A stretch of DNA of 63,337 nucleotides, the filler included, from Reclinomonas americana ATCC 50394 (lineage: Eukaryota): assembly GCA_048213135.1 (NCBI GenBank). It is 14 parts of 14 records of this genome, joined end to end, with 100 filler letters (N's around TTAATTAATTAA, not from the genome) between each part and the next. Parts side by side here need not be neighbours in the genome. Positions count along the whole stretch, not along the records: positions 49,277 to 55,771 come from AFZH01019297.1; positions 55,872 to 58,418 come from AFZH01019301.1; positions 58,519 to 61,523 come from AFZH01019302.1; positions 61,624 to 63,337 come from AFZH01019304.1; 10 more parts are not named here. One strand, given 5' to 3'. Positions 50,098-63,337 of this stretch are shown in pieces. The notes under the pieces are model-generated. The model searched no databases. It worked only from the letters and a program-made list of their open reading frames with translations, and was not told the origin of the DNA. Position numbers and translations under genes: made by a program. The first letter of the stretch is position 1. Every line of letters starts with the position of its first letter.

Positions 50098-53005
50098 TTA
50101 CGCCTTACTCTTGTGTGCCTTCCTTGCAGAGACCCATCGCTGTGGCAAAGCAGATGGCTTTTTGCCCCTCTTCTCCGTCTTGTCCTTGCCAGTGCTCCAC
50201 GACGCCTGCTTGCAGACGCTGAAGTACCCCGATCGTCGGTACTCGGTGCCCATCTTCTCCCAGTAGTAGCCGCGGTTCGGGTGGTATCGCTCCAGCATCG
50301 TGAGAATGAGGTTCTTTGCGCCTGAGCGCACGGTGTCGGGCGTCAAAACTGTTCCAGCCATTTGGTGCAAAATCGAGAACAGGTACTCGACCGGGTCCGT
50401 GGACATGCTACGCTGGCAAAACTCGTCCAACAGCGTCGTGTCCCCACCGTGGTGAGCTGCAACATGTCTCCGAAGATCCTGCGACAACATTGGTTACAAT
50501 CGCCAGTGGCAAACTGCACAGTACCAAACAAGTGTGCGCGCACCTCTAGAATCCGAGAGTGAGCCTCCATCAATGTCACCAAGCCCTCAAAGAGCTGAGT
50601 TGGTAAGCCTATCATGTACGCACCAACAGGAACACCTCCCCGAATCTTGACAAGCACGTCGGCAGCCTGTGTCACCAGCAGTGTTCGGAAGTCGTCGATC
50701 GCCTTTTCACGCCACAAATGTTGGTGACCCTTGTCCAGGAAGGCACTGATCGCTTCCGCTGCGCGGCGGACGCTCAGCTCTGCGCGATCACACTGTCAGA
50801 TGGAGTCTACCAGGCAACAATTGCGTCCACCATCCCTTTCCCACCTGTCATTTGCGCCACCCGAAGATTGTCGCCCTGAAGTTCCTCGTCGGCAATGTAC
50901 GACTTGACAATGTCTGCCACCTTGAGCGAGAACAGTGCACGGGCGAATGTCGGGTCTTGCGCGTCGTAAGTGGAGCCGTGAAACGTCGACAGGAGTCGAC
51001 CGAAGAAGTGCCTGTCGGCATCCTCAACCCGCGGCCGTGGCACTCCGTCTCCACGCATCGGCGACTGAGACGCATACTGCAGTGCTTGCTCGATGACGAG
51101 CGGAGACATCCACGTGCACAGCTCGTTGGCGGCCCTGGCCTTGGCCTTTAAGGTTGAACGCACCTCGACTCCCTCGTCACGCGCGGGAGCGTCATCGTCG
51201 ACCTCGATGTCCATCGCACCGTCGTCGTCACGCACGGCGCTGGCACCTCCAGCGGTAAGCACAACGTACGACGAGATGACAGCGTTGAAGAGCCTCTTCT
51301 GTGAAGCAGAAGATGAGTAACCTCATGGCCATGGTCTCTGCTCCCTTCACGGCTAACTCACAAACTTGTGAATGGGATCCTGAATGTGCTCGACACCATC
51401 CGTTCCACGAGCCGAAAAATGTTCCCGGAAATCGCGGCCAGCAGCTGCTTCCTTGTCCAGCCTCTCGAGCATCGCTTTCCGTGCAAACTGGAGCTTGGCC
51501 TGCTCACCGCGCAGGTTTTTTTCGAGAGCAAACCGTTTCTTCTGATCTTTCGTGCTCTTCACCTCGGCCTCCACTTGCTTGGAGAGGCCAATCAGCGTTT
51601 TCGCACTTCCGTCGTCTCCAGTGCGCTGCTGGTGCAAGTGCGAACCTGCGCCATCAAAGGCGACAACAGCAACACGCACTCCCAGCACAGCTTCCACCTG
51701 CTGACGCACGGCCGTCACCAGTACACGGAGCTGCTCGCCAGAGGTGGTTCTCATGCACGGAAAGAATGCCACCGGCAAAACAAATGAATTCCGCAGGTTG
51801 GTAATCGTGAACGCCAGAAGCTCGTGAGCTGACACGCGGTGCAGTCGGAAGAACTCATCCACAAAGGCCGTCAACTGCGTAAGTCCCGACAGCGCCAACT
51901 GACTTGCCTGTTGCAACCGTCCAACCTCCGACAATTCACCCAGCGCCAGCTCGGCCTGCGCACGCGCGTCTTGCTCGTCACGGCCCTCCACAGCCGGTGG
52001 GTGATATTCTTGCAGCACTCCCACAGCGACCATATTCGTCATCGCGATGCCGGTGAGGAAGTCATGCAAGATCGTCACGATACTTCTGGAAACCGATACC
52101 AGAGGCGAACCCGTGATGCACTTGGAAAATGTTCACGTACTGCACGTTGCCGACCTTGAAGTAATCAGGGTCTGGAAGGAGCTTCAGTGCCGCATGAGCT
52201 TGCGCTAAAGCGTGATCGTCTACTTCTGCGTGAATCGGCACACAGTTCGCGAGCACCGTCCACGGAATGCGCAGCTCATCCGCAGTACCCGGTGGCTGTG
52301 CGACGACAGGTTGACCGATGGCACACAGCTGCATGGCGCGCTGCGCGTGACAGGAAGATGAGCGCGCGCACAGCGACTGGTATGCTCCGCACGCACGCAA
52401 ACGCACACACAAACACACTCACCACCATGTTGGTCTTGCATTCAGCGAACACTGTCGTCGCATTGCGGAGAGCGATAATCTCCTCAGTGTGCGCCTGAAT
52501 GCGTGCAGTCAAAGCCGACGCTCTCGCGCTTGGAGGCACGGCAGCAGCCTGCGCTTGCTTGGGCATGCCTGCAGCGTCAGCATGGAAACTGCAATGCCAC
52601 GCGTGTTTGTGACCGCAAACAACCACCACAAAGAGCAAAGGTCATCACACGCAACTGCTGCAGCTTGGACTGGAGACTCTTGAATTCCTCCAGCAGGCTC
52701 TCCTCCTGTCGACGCAGCAGGTGCTCGCACTCAGGGGCATCCTTCTCCACGCAACCCCGCAGTGTGTTGACAAGTGATCGGAGTTTTGCATTCGCTTCAT
52801 CCGATCCGATGAGAATCGCCTCGATTTTGCTCCTGAGCTGAGCAATGCTGTTCGCTGCCGCAGCCGCCGTCGCCATGCGCTCGTCGATTGGAATGTTCTT
52901 CACAGTTTCACCGCGATGGTTCTTGCGCACCTCCAAGTCATTGTGATCGAAATCCTCGTCGAGTGGTCGCTTCCGATCCTGTGGTGCACGAGTGAGTGAG
53001 TGAGT

Positions 53006-53082
<77 letters not shown>

Positions 53083-54363
53083 GGGGGTTATACACCCACC
53101 GGTCGCATGTCCGTCTCATCCATTGACAGCACGAGCTGGTTGCCAGGATCGTCTCGCCAGTTCGGGTCGCTTGCGTCCAGATGATTCGCCACGGTGCGCA
53201 GCAAATGCGTCTGGATCTGCCCAATGGCGCGCGTCTCAGAGGGGGTCGGCAAGGTCGCGGGAGTTGTTGCTCCGCTCAGTGTCTCGTCGACGGTGACAGC
53301 AGCGACGTGGATGACAGTTTCAACGGTATCCATGACCTCCTCCTCGTCGTGGTCCTTGCTTCCTTCGTCGATGATGCTGTCATCCGGTCTCTCCTCCACG
53401 TCTGGGCACGAGTCGCTGCCCGCAGAGACCGTGAATCATGGGTGCGTTTCTCTTGCCTTCGCGTGCAACCAACAATTGTGAGCGACTCACCTCTGCGATG
53501 ATCGGCACGGCTCGTTGCCTGCAGCACTAGCGGTGGCACTCGTCGAGTCTGAAGTAGGTGACGACAGTTCAGCGAGTCGTTTCATCGTCCAGCCGCGCTG
53601 GATTGTGCTCCGCGAGGGCGTGACGAAGTTGTCGCCCGTGATGCGGAAAAACAGGCCGGCGTGATGGATCCGTGCAGTCAGCATGCCGAAGAATCGGACC
53701 AGCCGCTCTGGCCACCTGATGCCATTGGGTGGACGGCCTCGCAGCTTGTGTGGAGCAACCTGAGTGGCACTGCTGGTGAGTGTCAACCACGTACGGTTTG
53801 CCGCGTGTACCTCTAAAGCAGGCCACCACAGGCGTACCTGTGCGACGAGAATGTCGAAAGACACCAGGCCTGGCTTCAGACGGTGAGCCTCTAGCAGGTG
53901 CTCACACAGCAGAGTGAACACGTCCGTCTGCCAGGCCAAGATGTGGCCTTCTCGGTGCGCCTTCTCGAGAAGCTTTTGCGCCTTGACGAGCTCCTCAAGC
54001 TGTCGGAAGCCGAAGCCCGCACTGCGCAGCTTTTGCATCAGCGTGTGCTCCGTCTTGGCGCTCTGCACCGCCCTCTTCCATGACCGGTTGACGCTGAACA
54101 GCTCCAATTTCATCCTGCTCAGCTCCTTGTTCTTCGCCTGCAAGGCGACAATGAGGTCCTCCTTGCTCATCCGACTGTAGTTGGTGCGACTCTTGTTGCG
54201 TTGGAGTGTGTTTTGCTGCTCTGGCGTAAGCTGAGAGAAATTGCGCTGTTGCTCCGCGGCTGCGTTGAACTGACGCAGAAGGTTGGCCGCCGCAGATGTT
54301 GTTGATGAGGTCGACGAGGTGATCGGTGACGAACTTTGCACGCCCTTGTTCGCCGAAACAGAT

Positions 54364-54395
<32 letters not shown>

Positions 54396-55157
54396 CGTGG
54401 CAGTCGACCCGACAGGTGCTGGGGTGCTGCTGAGTCCCGACATTCCAAACGGCGACGAAGGCTGCGCCCTCGACGACGACCGACCGCGCGGTGGGTCCGA
54501 GGCCGGAGACATTGCCATCGGTGAGCTCGCATCGACGGTAATCGGGGCGGCTCGAGGCGTGGTGGGCGACGGTGAGCGGGTGGGAGGTACCGCGCTGCCG
54601 GTGTCTGCGGCGTGGTGCACCTGCAGCACCGGCTGCAGCACTTTTTTGCTGAACCGAAGTCCCTTTCTCGACGGAAGCGGCGGTGCTGGTGGCGGCGGCG
54701 GCGGTGGTGGCGGCGGCGGCGACTGTGGTGTCGGCGGCGGCGGCGGTGGTGGCGGCGGCGATGGTGGTACTGCTGAGGCAGCAGAGGCGCGCGGAAGAGC
54801 TCGAGGAGGTGGCATTTCGCCGAGTTGTCTCGTGTCATCGACCATGATGGTGGGGGGATCTTGTCGAGTTCTGGATTCATCCACCGACATGGCGCTCTCC
54901 GCGCTGCGCAGTGACGCGTCACACGTGAGCAAGTGAATGCACGCGCGCATGTGCGTGCGCGCGCGTGTGTGTGTGAGAGTGAGTGTGTGTGTGTGCGTGT
55001 GTGTGATGATGATGATTGATGATGAGAATGAACACCTTGTCTGTGACGCATCCGAGCAGACACTGCCAGCGCTCGCAGACGCGGAATTGCCGGTGGCGCG
55101 TTTCGATGCGCTCCTCTTGGCGGCATCAACAGACTGCGCACGTCTCTTGCGTTTCAT
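50098..55157 (-). CDS. P-element/THAP9-like DDE transposase, multi-intron, apparently intact
   Basis: Ordered motifs GIRWPERLVRF, TPSRSTIQR, LVLSMDET, AFTITNL..LPVAFF, VAVVAFDG, IQDPIHKF|KRLFN, RSMSTDPVEYLFSIL match the P-superfamily catalytic core. Confidence 0.8.
53009..53073. repeat. (GT)n microsatellite inside a transposase intron; similar AG/GT tracts at ~29100-29390 and ~32050-32310
   Basis: Directly visible dinucleotide runs. Confidence 0.9.
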
Positions 55158-55871
55158 TCTTTATGTTTGCGACTGACGGTGCGGGAAAGGCTGGGGCTCG
55201 CGCATCAAATTGTCCGCGCCGGGACAATTACGGCCAGTGACCAGACCCTCAATATCTGCACAGTGCTAGCGACTCCATCGCTGAATGCCCGTTACACACC
55301 CAGGTTCGCACACCAGGACAGATCTGGACAGGTCGACTTTGGACTATTGGTCTGCAACGATATTTCAACGATCTGACAAGATCTGCGAACACAAATGCCT
55401 GTCGAGATCCATCAATAATAGCTCTGTGAAGATCTTGCGACATCTGTCGAGGAGACCTACCACTCGCTGGCAGACAAGGATCCAAGGAGCACATCTCGCT
55501 TCCACAAGATCGCGTCAGATCTATATCGTCTGCAGAGCAATATCTGCACAGTGCTAGCGGTTCCATCGCTGAATGCCCGTTACATTGCGTAAACTGTATG
55601 TAACTAGTTCGCGAAGAACCATGGATTCCACGTGACAACAAATGGTCATTGTCGGCAAGGGATTTGTGGACATTTGTCGCATTATTGGAATGTGGTGAAT
55701 GAAGTGTTTTGTTGTTGAGATACGCAGCGCTTCTTGTTCATATGCATGCACCACCCATTTTAGATTGAGAGNNNNNNNNNNNNNNNNNNNNNNNNNNNNN
55801 NNNNNNNNNNNNNNNTTAATTAATTAANNNNNNNNNNNNNNNNNNNNNNNNNNNNNNNNNNNNNNNNNNNN

Positions 55872-56480
55872 GGAGAAGAAGGAGAAGGAAGAAGAAGAAC
55901 GCGAGTGAGCAAGTGATGTAATAAACAACAAATACAAAAACACACAGACCTCAGTGGCCTCGTTCATGGCGCGCACCCAGTCTGTGACCAATAGCTGCGG
56001 ATCGACCACACTCGTGTCATCCGCGGCCACACCAATGATAAACACTCGTCGTACAGTCTCCTCCTCCGAGGGCGGACTGATGGTGAAACCGCAGCGAATG
56101 TGCGGATCTGCTGCCGCCACACTGACCTCGGCGCCCATCAGTGGAATCACACCCTTGGCGGCCTTCACCTGTAAGACACGCAGTGTGTGTGTGAGTGTGT
56201 GCGAGTGTGTGCGTGTGCAGACACACACACGCAACATCCGAGTCTTTGTAGTAGAACACGAAGGCGCCAATGAGGCGGAACCATCTGCGCTTCCATGAAC
56301 CGACACGCTGACCTGTGTGCGCGTCAAACAGAAACACAGTGTGAGAGTGAGCGAGTGACACTGAGAAAGAGAGAGAGTGAGTATGTCTCCGCATGCACAC
56401 ATACCCTTCTTGATAAACCATCCTCCGCGCTCGGCACTCCGGTACACAGGGTTGCGCAGGAGAGCAGCAACTTCAGTCAT
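55872..56480 (-). CDS. PH-domain protein, 3' end lost in gap
   Basis: RGGWFIKKGQRVGSWKRRWFRLIGAFVFYYKDSD-VKAAKGVIPL..DWVRAMNEA. Confidence 0.85.
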
Positions 56481-56759
56481 TGCGTTGAGAAGAAAAACGA
56501 AGAGGGAAAGAAACAGACGGCCGGAGGACACGACGTTGTGACACAATATCGCACACTCTTCTCCACTCCTCTCAGTGCTCATCTCCCAACTTGTGACTGC
56601 GTGTGCATGCGTAAGCCTTTCCAGTGTTGCGCGCGCGCGGTGAAGCAGAAGGCGGTCGACGATGTGTCGCAAACGTCGCGAGCTGTGAGAGGACAGCTCG
56701 GTCGCGTCGTGACGACCCGACTGACCATTTGCTTTTCCGCGTCACAAGAGAGCGCAGTG

Positions 56760-59700
56760 ATGAGTGAGTCGCTGCTTCATGAGATCCACCAGCTGGTGGT
56801 CGATGAAGTGGCACTCGCCGATGCACGACGTGGCATCCAGCGACGCGCGGAAGGTGCAGTCACAAAGTGAAAGTCACTTTGATGTGCCCGCGCTCACTCT
56901 CTCTCTCTCTCTGTGCGCACACAGAGGCATGCAGTAGCATGTGGTCTGTGCGACAGGAGTCTGTGACACCGGTGTTTCCCGGCACCAATGAGCCCGTGCC
57001 ACAATCCTTTGTCTCCAGCGAGGCTGTCATATCCGACACGCACAAGGAGGCCTTTCGCACCGAGTCAGCCGCCTATCAGGCTCTCCATGTGAACAAAGTG
57101 CTGCCACAGTTGCGTCTTTCCCCTGTCAGGCGTGTGTGTGTGTGTGTGATTCTCCTCCACTCACATGGTATCAATAGCATTCGACGTGTGGAGTCTACAG
57201 TGATTGCCTTGTATCGGCACCTGGATGCTCTGTTTGCTGCTGGCGAGTTCGAGGCGGTGCTGCGCGAGTTCGAGATCATTTGCGACGCGATTCGTTGCGT
57301 CTTCCGTGTGCCTGTTTGAGTTGTCTACGTGCTGATGATGACGGATTCTCCCCGCAGGATCGTGGACGGGCGCGACGCGATCGACGCATGCGTGTGGTGC
57401 GCTGGAGCGAGTGGCTGCGGTGGTGGCGCGGCGTCTGTGGCGCTGTGTGCAGGAATGGGAGCAGGTGCGCGATGGAGCGGAGACGGTGTCGGCGGTGTCG
57501 GAGGTGTCGATGGTCGCTTCGCCGGAGAAGGGCGCGCTGGATTTCTTCGATGAGGTGTTTGGCGCCGCCTCCGCCGCCGCTCCGACGGCGGCTGCTTGTG
57601 CTGCTTCCACTGTGGCAGCGACACCCGGACCGCCGCCCTCTGCCGCAGCACCGACACACTTCAGCAGCAGCAGCAGCAGCAGCTCACCCAATCGACACTC
57701 GCCGACTCGCGGCTTTCGGCTCTCGCCCGTGCTTCGTCTGACAGAGGCTGTGGTGAAGCGGATCCGCCAGCTGCTGGTAGAAGAGGCGCTCCATGCGGCC
57801 ACAGCAGCCATGACCTCGCAGACGTCGGCTCTGGGTGCGCGACAGGCCAGTGATGGTTCCGGAATTCTCCAGTCGGTGTGTGTGTGTTGTCTGCCGTGCG
57901 CCTCCTTATTGTTATTATCCTCGTTATTTAAGCACGTACGCAGTTGTCCGTGGTGGAGATTGCACAACTCGACATGCTTTCTCGCTTCGGCGACATGGTG
58001 ATGGATCGCTTCCGGACTCTTGCACGCGATGAGAGTGACCCAGCAGGTATGTTAAGAGGCTACGCGCTTCCCTCCTTGCGCTTTCTTCTATCTCTCTCTC
58101 TCTCACACACCATGACTGTGGCGCAGTGCTGGTCGACAAACTGCGGGTGGCCGTGATGCGCTTCTTCACGGCACTCGAATGGAACCTGGCGGCGCCCGAG
58201 TTGCAGTCACTGGATGCAGATGTGGTGCTCGCGTCGCTGTTCGCTCCGCTCCACCGCACCTTTGATTGGCTGTGCCGCATCAAGGGAGCAACCGCGGTGG
58301 CCGCCTATGTCTTTGACAAAATGTCGAGTCTCGTCACAGTCTACCCGCAGGCACTGTTGCCGCAGCTGCTGCAGGCCGCGCTGCAGGCCGAGTGGCCAGC
58401 TCGCATGTTTTGCTCTCCNNNNNNNNNNNNNNNNNNNNNNNNNNNNNNNNNNNNNNNNNNNNTTAATTAATTAANNNNNNNNNNNNNNNNNNNNNNNNNN
58501 NNNNNNNNNNNNNNNNNNATTGCATCACGATCCGAGCATGGTCGGCGTGATGATGGTTGAGTGGATGAATGCGTACGGCGAACTCGTGCAAGTACCGTGT
58601 TCGGCTGGTGAGTCGACGGCGCACCTTTGCTGGCTAGTTGCTCCTGCGCATGTGGAGTGACACGCTGCGGCCTCGTTGCAGGTGCTACACCGGCGCACTT
58701 GCTGCCACTGGAGGTGCTCACACGCGCAACTTGCGACGCGTGGCGAGTGGAGATGGCCGAAGTCGACTGGCTCTTCCAGCTCGCCACACAAGGACCGGCA
58801 CCACGAGGTTCTTCGAGCTCGCCAACATGATTATTATTCTTTTGCGAGGGTGGCTGACTGACTGTCGTTCCGTACCTTCTGTGCACAGAGAAAAGCGCAG
58901 AGATTGCACTCGGTGTCATCTCGCGCATCTCGTGGCCGATGCAGACGAGCGAGATTCGCTTCCGAGTGTGCGATTGGATGTGTCGACGAGTCGCCAGCGC
59001 GCAGCCGCCAGTCATGCCCGTGGGTGCGAGTGGAGGCATGTACGGGAATGCGCTCCCTCGGCCCATGATGCCGCCGCCGGAGCTCGTCTCCAGCAACACC
59101 AACTCGCTGATGTATGGGTGCGGAGTGTGCGCTCGCATCATTTTCACACGCTCTGGTTGCTGACGACAAGCATGCATGCTGTAGCTACAACCCGTCCATT
59201 GATTTGTACGGCTCAGCGTCTGCCATTCCACTTCCGTCCACCACTGGACTCTACGCTCCACCGCCATCCGCCGCACCGCAGCCAAATGCACGATCGGGGC
59301 CGTCGCAGCGCCCCGAAGACGCTGCGCGTCAACTCACGCCACCTGAACGCTGGATTCGGCAGCTGGTGAATGGCGAGGTGGTGGGCTGCCAGATCTTTGA
59401 GGGGCCGTGGGAGCCCGAGTGTCTGCGACGCATCTTTTCGCACTTCTCCATGACCATGTCGGCAGTGTGGAACGAGCATATTGCGGCATTTGACTTGTTG
59501 TTGCGACTCGGAGCGGCTGCGCACGATTTCCTCGTGGCCACTCGTCGCTCCGAGGCGGAGCACTTGCCTGGCTTTGACAGTGAGACGGCCGCGGCAGCGC
59601 GAAAGTCCGAGGTTTGTTTGTGCTCTCTCGTGTGCGTGAGAGAGAGAGAGAGACAGCGGCTGACACTGTCGCGCAGTGCTTCCGCCGTGCACTGCACACG

Positions 59701-61523
59701 TGGAACGTCGCGCCGTGCCTATCTCGTGTGGCTGCCGAGTGGGAGCCGTCGCACACGCGAGTGTGGCTGAATGCTCTCCGCTCTCTGATGCTGACTGCCG
59801 AGCGACTTGAGGTGTGTGGAAGAAGAAGAGTGTTGTTCGACCGTCGAATTATGACTGACGTGAGGCAATTGATCAGGTGTCGCTGGACCGTGAGTGCATC
59901 ACCACGCTGTCAATCACGATCCCGTCGTACCTGCAATCGTATGCGGAGATCCAGCAAAACCTTCGTCAGCTCATCTTGCAGCAGTCGCAGCAGAGCCGTC
60001 GCTTGGCCTGTCTGTGGACGTCGCTCATTGGCAGTCAGGTGTGTGCACGTGCTCCGTCGTCCGTTCGTCTCACAGTGCTGCTGCATCGCTGATGTGGTGC
60101 ATGCGCGCAGTTGAGCGTGCACCCCATGTTTGAGACTCTATTCAATGAGATTGTCGGGTGCGCCTGCACGTGTTACGGACTGGCGGTCGTCAACGAGCTG
60201 GCCGCCGTGCAGTGCGTCAACACCACCCACGGAAGCGTCAGCGAGTTCCTGATTGTTCACATGCTAGATAAGCAGAGTTGCGTGTGGCGTGTCGGAAGGC
60301 AGGTGGTTCCACCCCCCGCTGCATACTCAAATCTTTTGTCGATGCAGTGTACTGGACCACGTTCCTGTATGCCACGCTGAGCGTGCAGATGGGCACCGAG
60401 ACACGCCTGGTGTGGAAGCGACTGTTCAATCGCGCGCTGATGGCCGTTCCCGAGGCCATGCAGCTGCCTGCCTTGTTGCCACTGTTGCATGGCATTTTGT
60501 CATCGTCGTGCTTGCAAGGTGACACCTGACAATGTGTGTGTTACTTTATGCCACGCATTGACTTACTCACCTTTTGTCGCCCGCCGCAGAGCTCCACGTG
60601 GAGGAGGCGCAGATGCTGCGCGACCAGTTCCTCGCATTTTCACTCGGTGCTGTGGAGGCTGCAGATTTGTCGCAGCTGTGGGGTGCATGTGCAGCCGATC
60701 AGACTGCACTCGCCATGTTGCGTAGATGCAGCGTTCTTTCACTCCACAATGAGACCCGCCGCTGTGCTGAACCAACATTGCCACATTAGTGAGCTGATTG
60801 ACAGAATACTAAAGGACATGGCGCGAGAGCGCTACCCTGCACCACCTGCCGCGTCGGCAAGTCGCACTGCTGCTATTGCCGCTGGTGCCAGTCAGGTTCA
60901 TACTTGTGCAAGATTGCTTTACCGCTGTGTCCGCTCACTGCCGCATCCGTGCAGTCGGTATGGGAGGCACACGCTCTGCGTGCTCGCACGCTGCTTAACC
61001 GAAAGGGCGACAATGCCGTTGCCGCACAACGTGCTTCTGCGGACGCGATTGAACTCACTCTCGACGAGCGGTACGTCTGTCTCTTTCCTGGTGGCGGTGC
61101 TGATGTTGCTCATTTCCGTGCCTCGTGACAGACTCCATCACATTGAAAACTGGAAGCTGCTACTCGTGCAGGCGCTGGATCCGAGTTGCGATCGACCGTT
61201 CTTCATTGTGATTCTGTATATTTCTTGCTGACGAGTATTCACACGTGCAGCGGTACTGGAAGCTGCCATGAGCAACGTTGTCATTTGCGAACTGCGCTAT
61301 CAGCAGGATTTGCGCGAGCTGGCCGTTTCGTTTTTTGCTCTTTGTGTGCGTGTTTCCGTCTCCCCTCACACACGCCTCACGATGTTGCGCGGTAGGAACT
61401 CGATGCGCATTACTTGGCCCTGTGCGTTCAACTGTTCCGTACTGAGCGCGTGACCTCGCAAAGTTCTGTCGCCTTCACTGCATCTCTCCAATGCGCGCAC
61501 CACTTCCTGATTGCATTGTCTTT
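56760..61523 (+). CDS. Large multi-exon, mostly helical protein of unknown function (spans a spacer; could be two genes)
   Basis: Series of exons joining in frame via GT-AG introns from MSESLLHEIHQL; no recognisable motif. Confidence 0.55.
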
Positions 61524-61642
61524 NNNNNNNNNNNNNNNNNNNNNNNNNNNNNNNNNNNNNNNNNNNNTTAATTAATTAANNNNNNNNNNNNNNNNNNNNN
61601 NNNNNNNNNNNNNNNNNNNNNNNGTGTGTGTTCTCGAACAGA

Positions 61643-63337
61643 TCAACGATTCTTGGTGCGGGCAGGCGATTTGACATCTTCGCTCTTCACTCTCGACAGC
61701 TTGCGGCAAGTACTTTGCGAAGGCCTATTCCCCTTCGCGCCGTACCTCGCCACCGTGTGACGTGTGGGCGGATTGTAAAATGAAAAATGAAAACATATAC
61801 AAGCATTTCTGTTGATGCTGTCACCGCCTGTCATGGTCGACTTCCTCTACGCGCCGTCTCCAGTCGGCCAGCATGAGTTGGTGGCGCGAATCAACAAACA
61901 CCATACTAGCCATCACCGACCACACCAACGACGACCCTTCTTCCATGTCCAACGGGTCGGTCATCGGCTGGAGTACGTCAAGTGCCGCCTCGACGTCGGC
62001 CACCTCCTGCGCCATGATGCAAGCTGCATCGTGTTTCGGTCAGCATCTGACCTCTCGCACTCATCAAGTGAGTAGCATTAGGTCGCGTACCTTCGTGCAA
62101 GGTGTACACCATCAGGGCTCCGTCACCGTCGTACGACTCGGGCGCCAGCGCAATGGGACCAAGGCCGTCGCCAATGTCGGCCACCACGAGTGCTGTTAGA
62201 CCAGTGCTGGCCCCTCGGCACACATGCAAACACTGCAAGGGGTCGGCCGACCAGGTGCACACGGCACCGTCGCTGCATGCCGTCACGAGAAATCTGTCGT
62301 CACCGACCATAAACTTGACACTGCAAACGGCGAGAAGTGTGCGTGTGGGGTGAGTTTGATGATTTGTTGCTGCCATTGACAATCACCACGTCGCACCTCG
62401 TTATTGAGGCGCGATACCGCTGAGCGGGACAGATGAGTCGGCCAGACTTGACACAAAAGACGCCCAACAGCCACGGTTTCGGCTCGAGTCCGTAGGTGCC
62501 GGCGGCGAGCATGAGACCGTCGCTGCTGAAAGTGAGGCACGCAATGCTGGGACTTCGCTCGCCGCTCAGTGGGGCCACTGAGGCGGGGAAGCGAAGTGTA
62601 CACGAGGTGCCCTTGTCTTTTGTTTCCTCCGTCTGCAGCCACGACGCCGTGTCCCACATGCGAATGGTGCCATCGTCGGAGCCGCTTGCCATCAACCCGT
62701 GCACGGGATCCATGGCCAGGGCGGTCACATACTGCGCGACAGAGAGAAAAAGAAAGAAAAACAAGCATTGAGCCCGTCATCGCCACCCTGCACATCGATT
62801 CTCTCTCCGGTGCGCAGCGCACCGACAAGCCAACGCTGTGATCAAAAATTGCTCGACGGCCGCTGACTGTGGGCGGTGCGCCGGCCTGCTCCGCCAATCT
62901 GATATCCATGGTGCGGATGCTACCGTCGAGGCGACCGGCCAGTAAAATGTCGCCCGCCGGTGAGATGGCCAGGCTTCGCATCGGCATCGAGCCCGTGTGG
63001 CGCTGCAGAATGGTGCCACTGATGGTGTGGAATGAAAGTGAGTGCGATGCGCAGATTCCCGAGCGCGACAACCGCTTGTATACCTTTTGGCATTGCACAT
63101 GGCAACAGCGCAGTCCACAGACGCCGAAAAGATAATCGCCTTGTCGGTGGGGTGAGCCACAATCCCATACTGTTTGTTTGTTGTTGACAAGAGTGGCCAC
63201 AATCAGTCACGAGACGCAAATTTGTGTTTTTTTCGTGCACACACGTACCACATTAGCCTGGTGGGGCTGCATGAAGAAGCGGCGTCGCACGCACAAGCTT
63301 TCGCGCTTACTGGCCGCATTGGTGCGTGCAGGATCCC
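61643..63337 (-). CDS. WD40-repeat protein, 5' end outside window
   Basis: IFSASVDCAV, AGRLDGSIRTMD, MASGSDDGTIRMWD, LVTACSDGAVCTWS. Confidence 0.85.

Larger units (their letters stand above)
49277..55625 (-). mobile_element. P-superfamily DNA transposon (left boundary probably in the gap)
   Basis: Transposase gene flanked by related repeats at 49277-49448 and 55419-55546, plus a 166-bp tandem array; flanks are non-coding and compositionally distinct. Confidence 0.7.

Noticed and set aside
52650..52655. GTTGCG in the transposase as another atypical donor
   Set aside because: The reading frame requires the GT five bases further on, so it was not counted; the GTTGCG at ~39247 is intron-internal.
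54283..54936. Long antisense or overlapping ORFs from the six-frame track
   Set aside because: Shadow frames of GC-rich coding or low-complexity sequence, with no independent motifs.

Overview
Eukaryotic (protist-like) genomic DNA, not prokaryotic. It is gene-dense and GC-rich, with many short spliceosomal introns and GT/AG microsatellites. Thirteen artificial 100-nt contig spacers (N44-TTAATTAATTAA-N44) interrupt it, and several genes continue across them. Exons were joined by hand. Genes: rubrerythrin, MDR/MECR-like enoyl reductase, eIF3h, a secreted hydrolase-like protein, two countin-like saposin proteins, an MFS transporter, DNA pol alpha B subunit, a deoxynucleoside kinase, a CSC1/OSCA channel, a RING-CaaX protein, two head-to-head MAPK-like kinases, a DENN-ARM protein, TBCA, an NDUFAF7/MidA-like methyltransferase, a tandem array of divergent actins with actin-methyltransferase chimeras, an intron-containing P-superfamily transposase flanked by direct repeats, and PH-domain, WD40 and unknown proteins. 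The strongest unexplained signal is a frequent atypical 5' splice-site class, H|GTTGCG (31 donors traced, none with G at -1). It looks like the ordinary G|GTGCG donor read in a +1 shifted register. Product calls rest on motif recognition only; no database searches were run.
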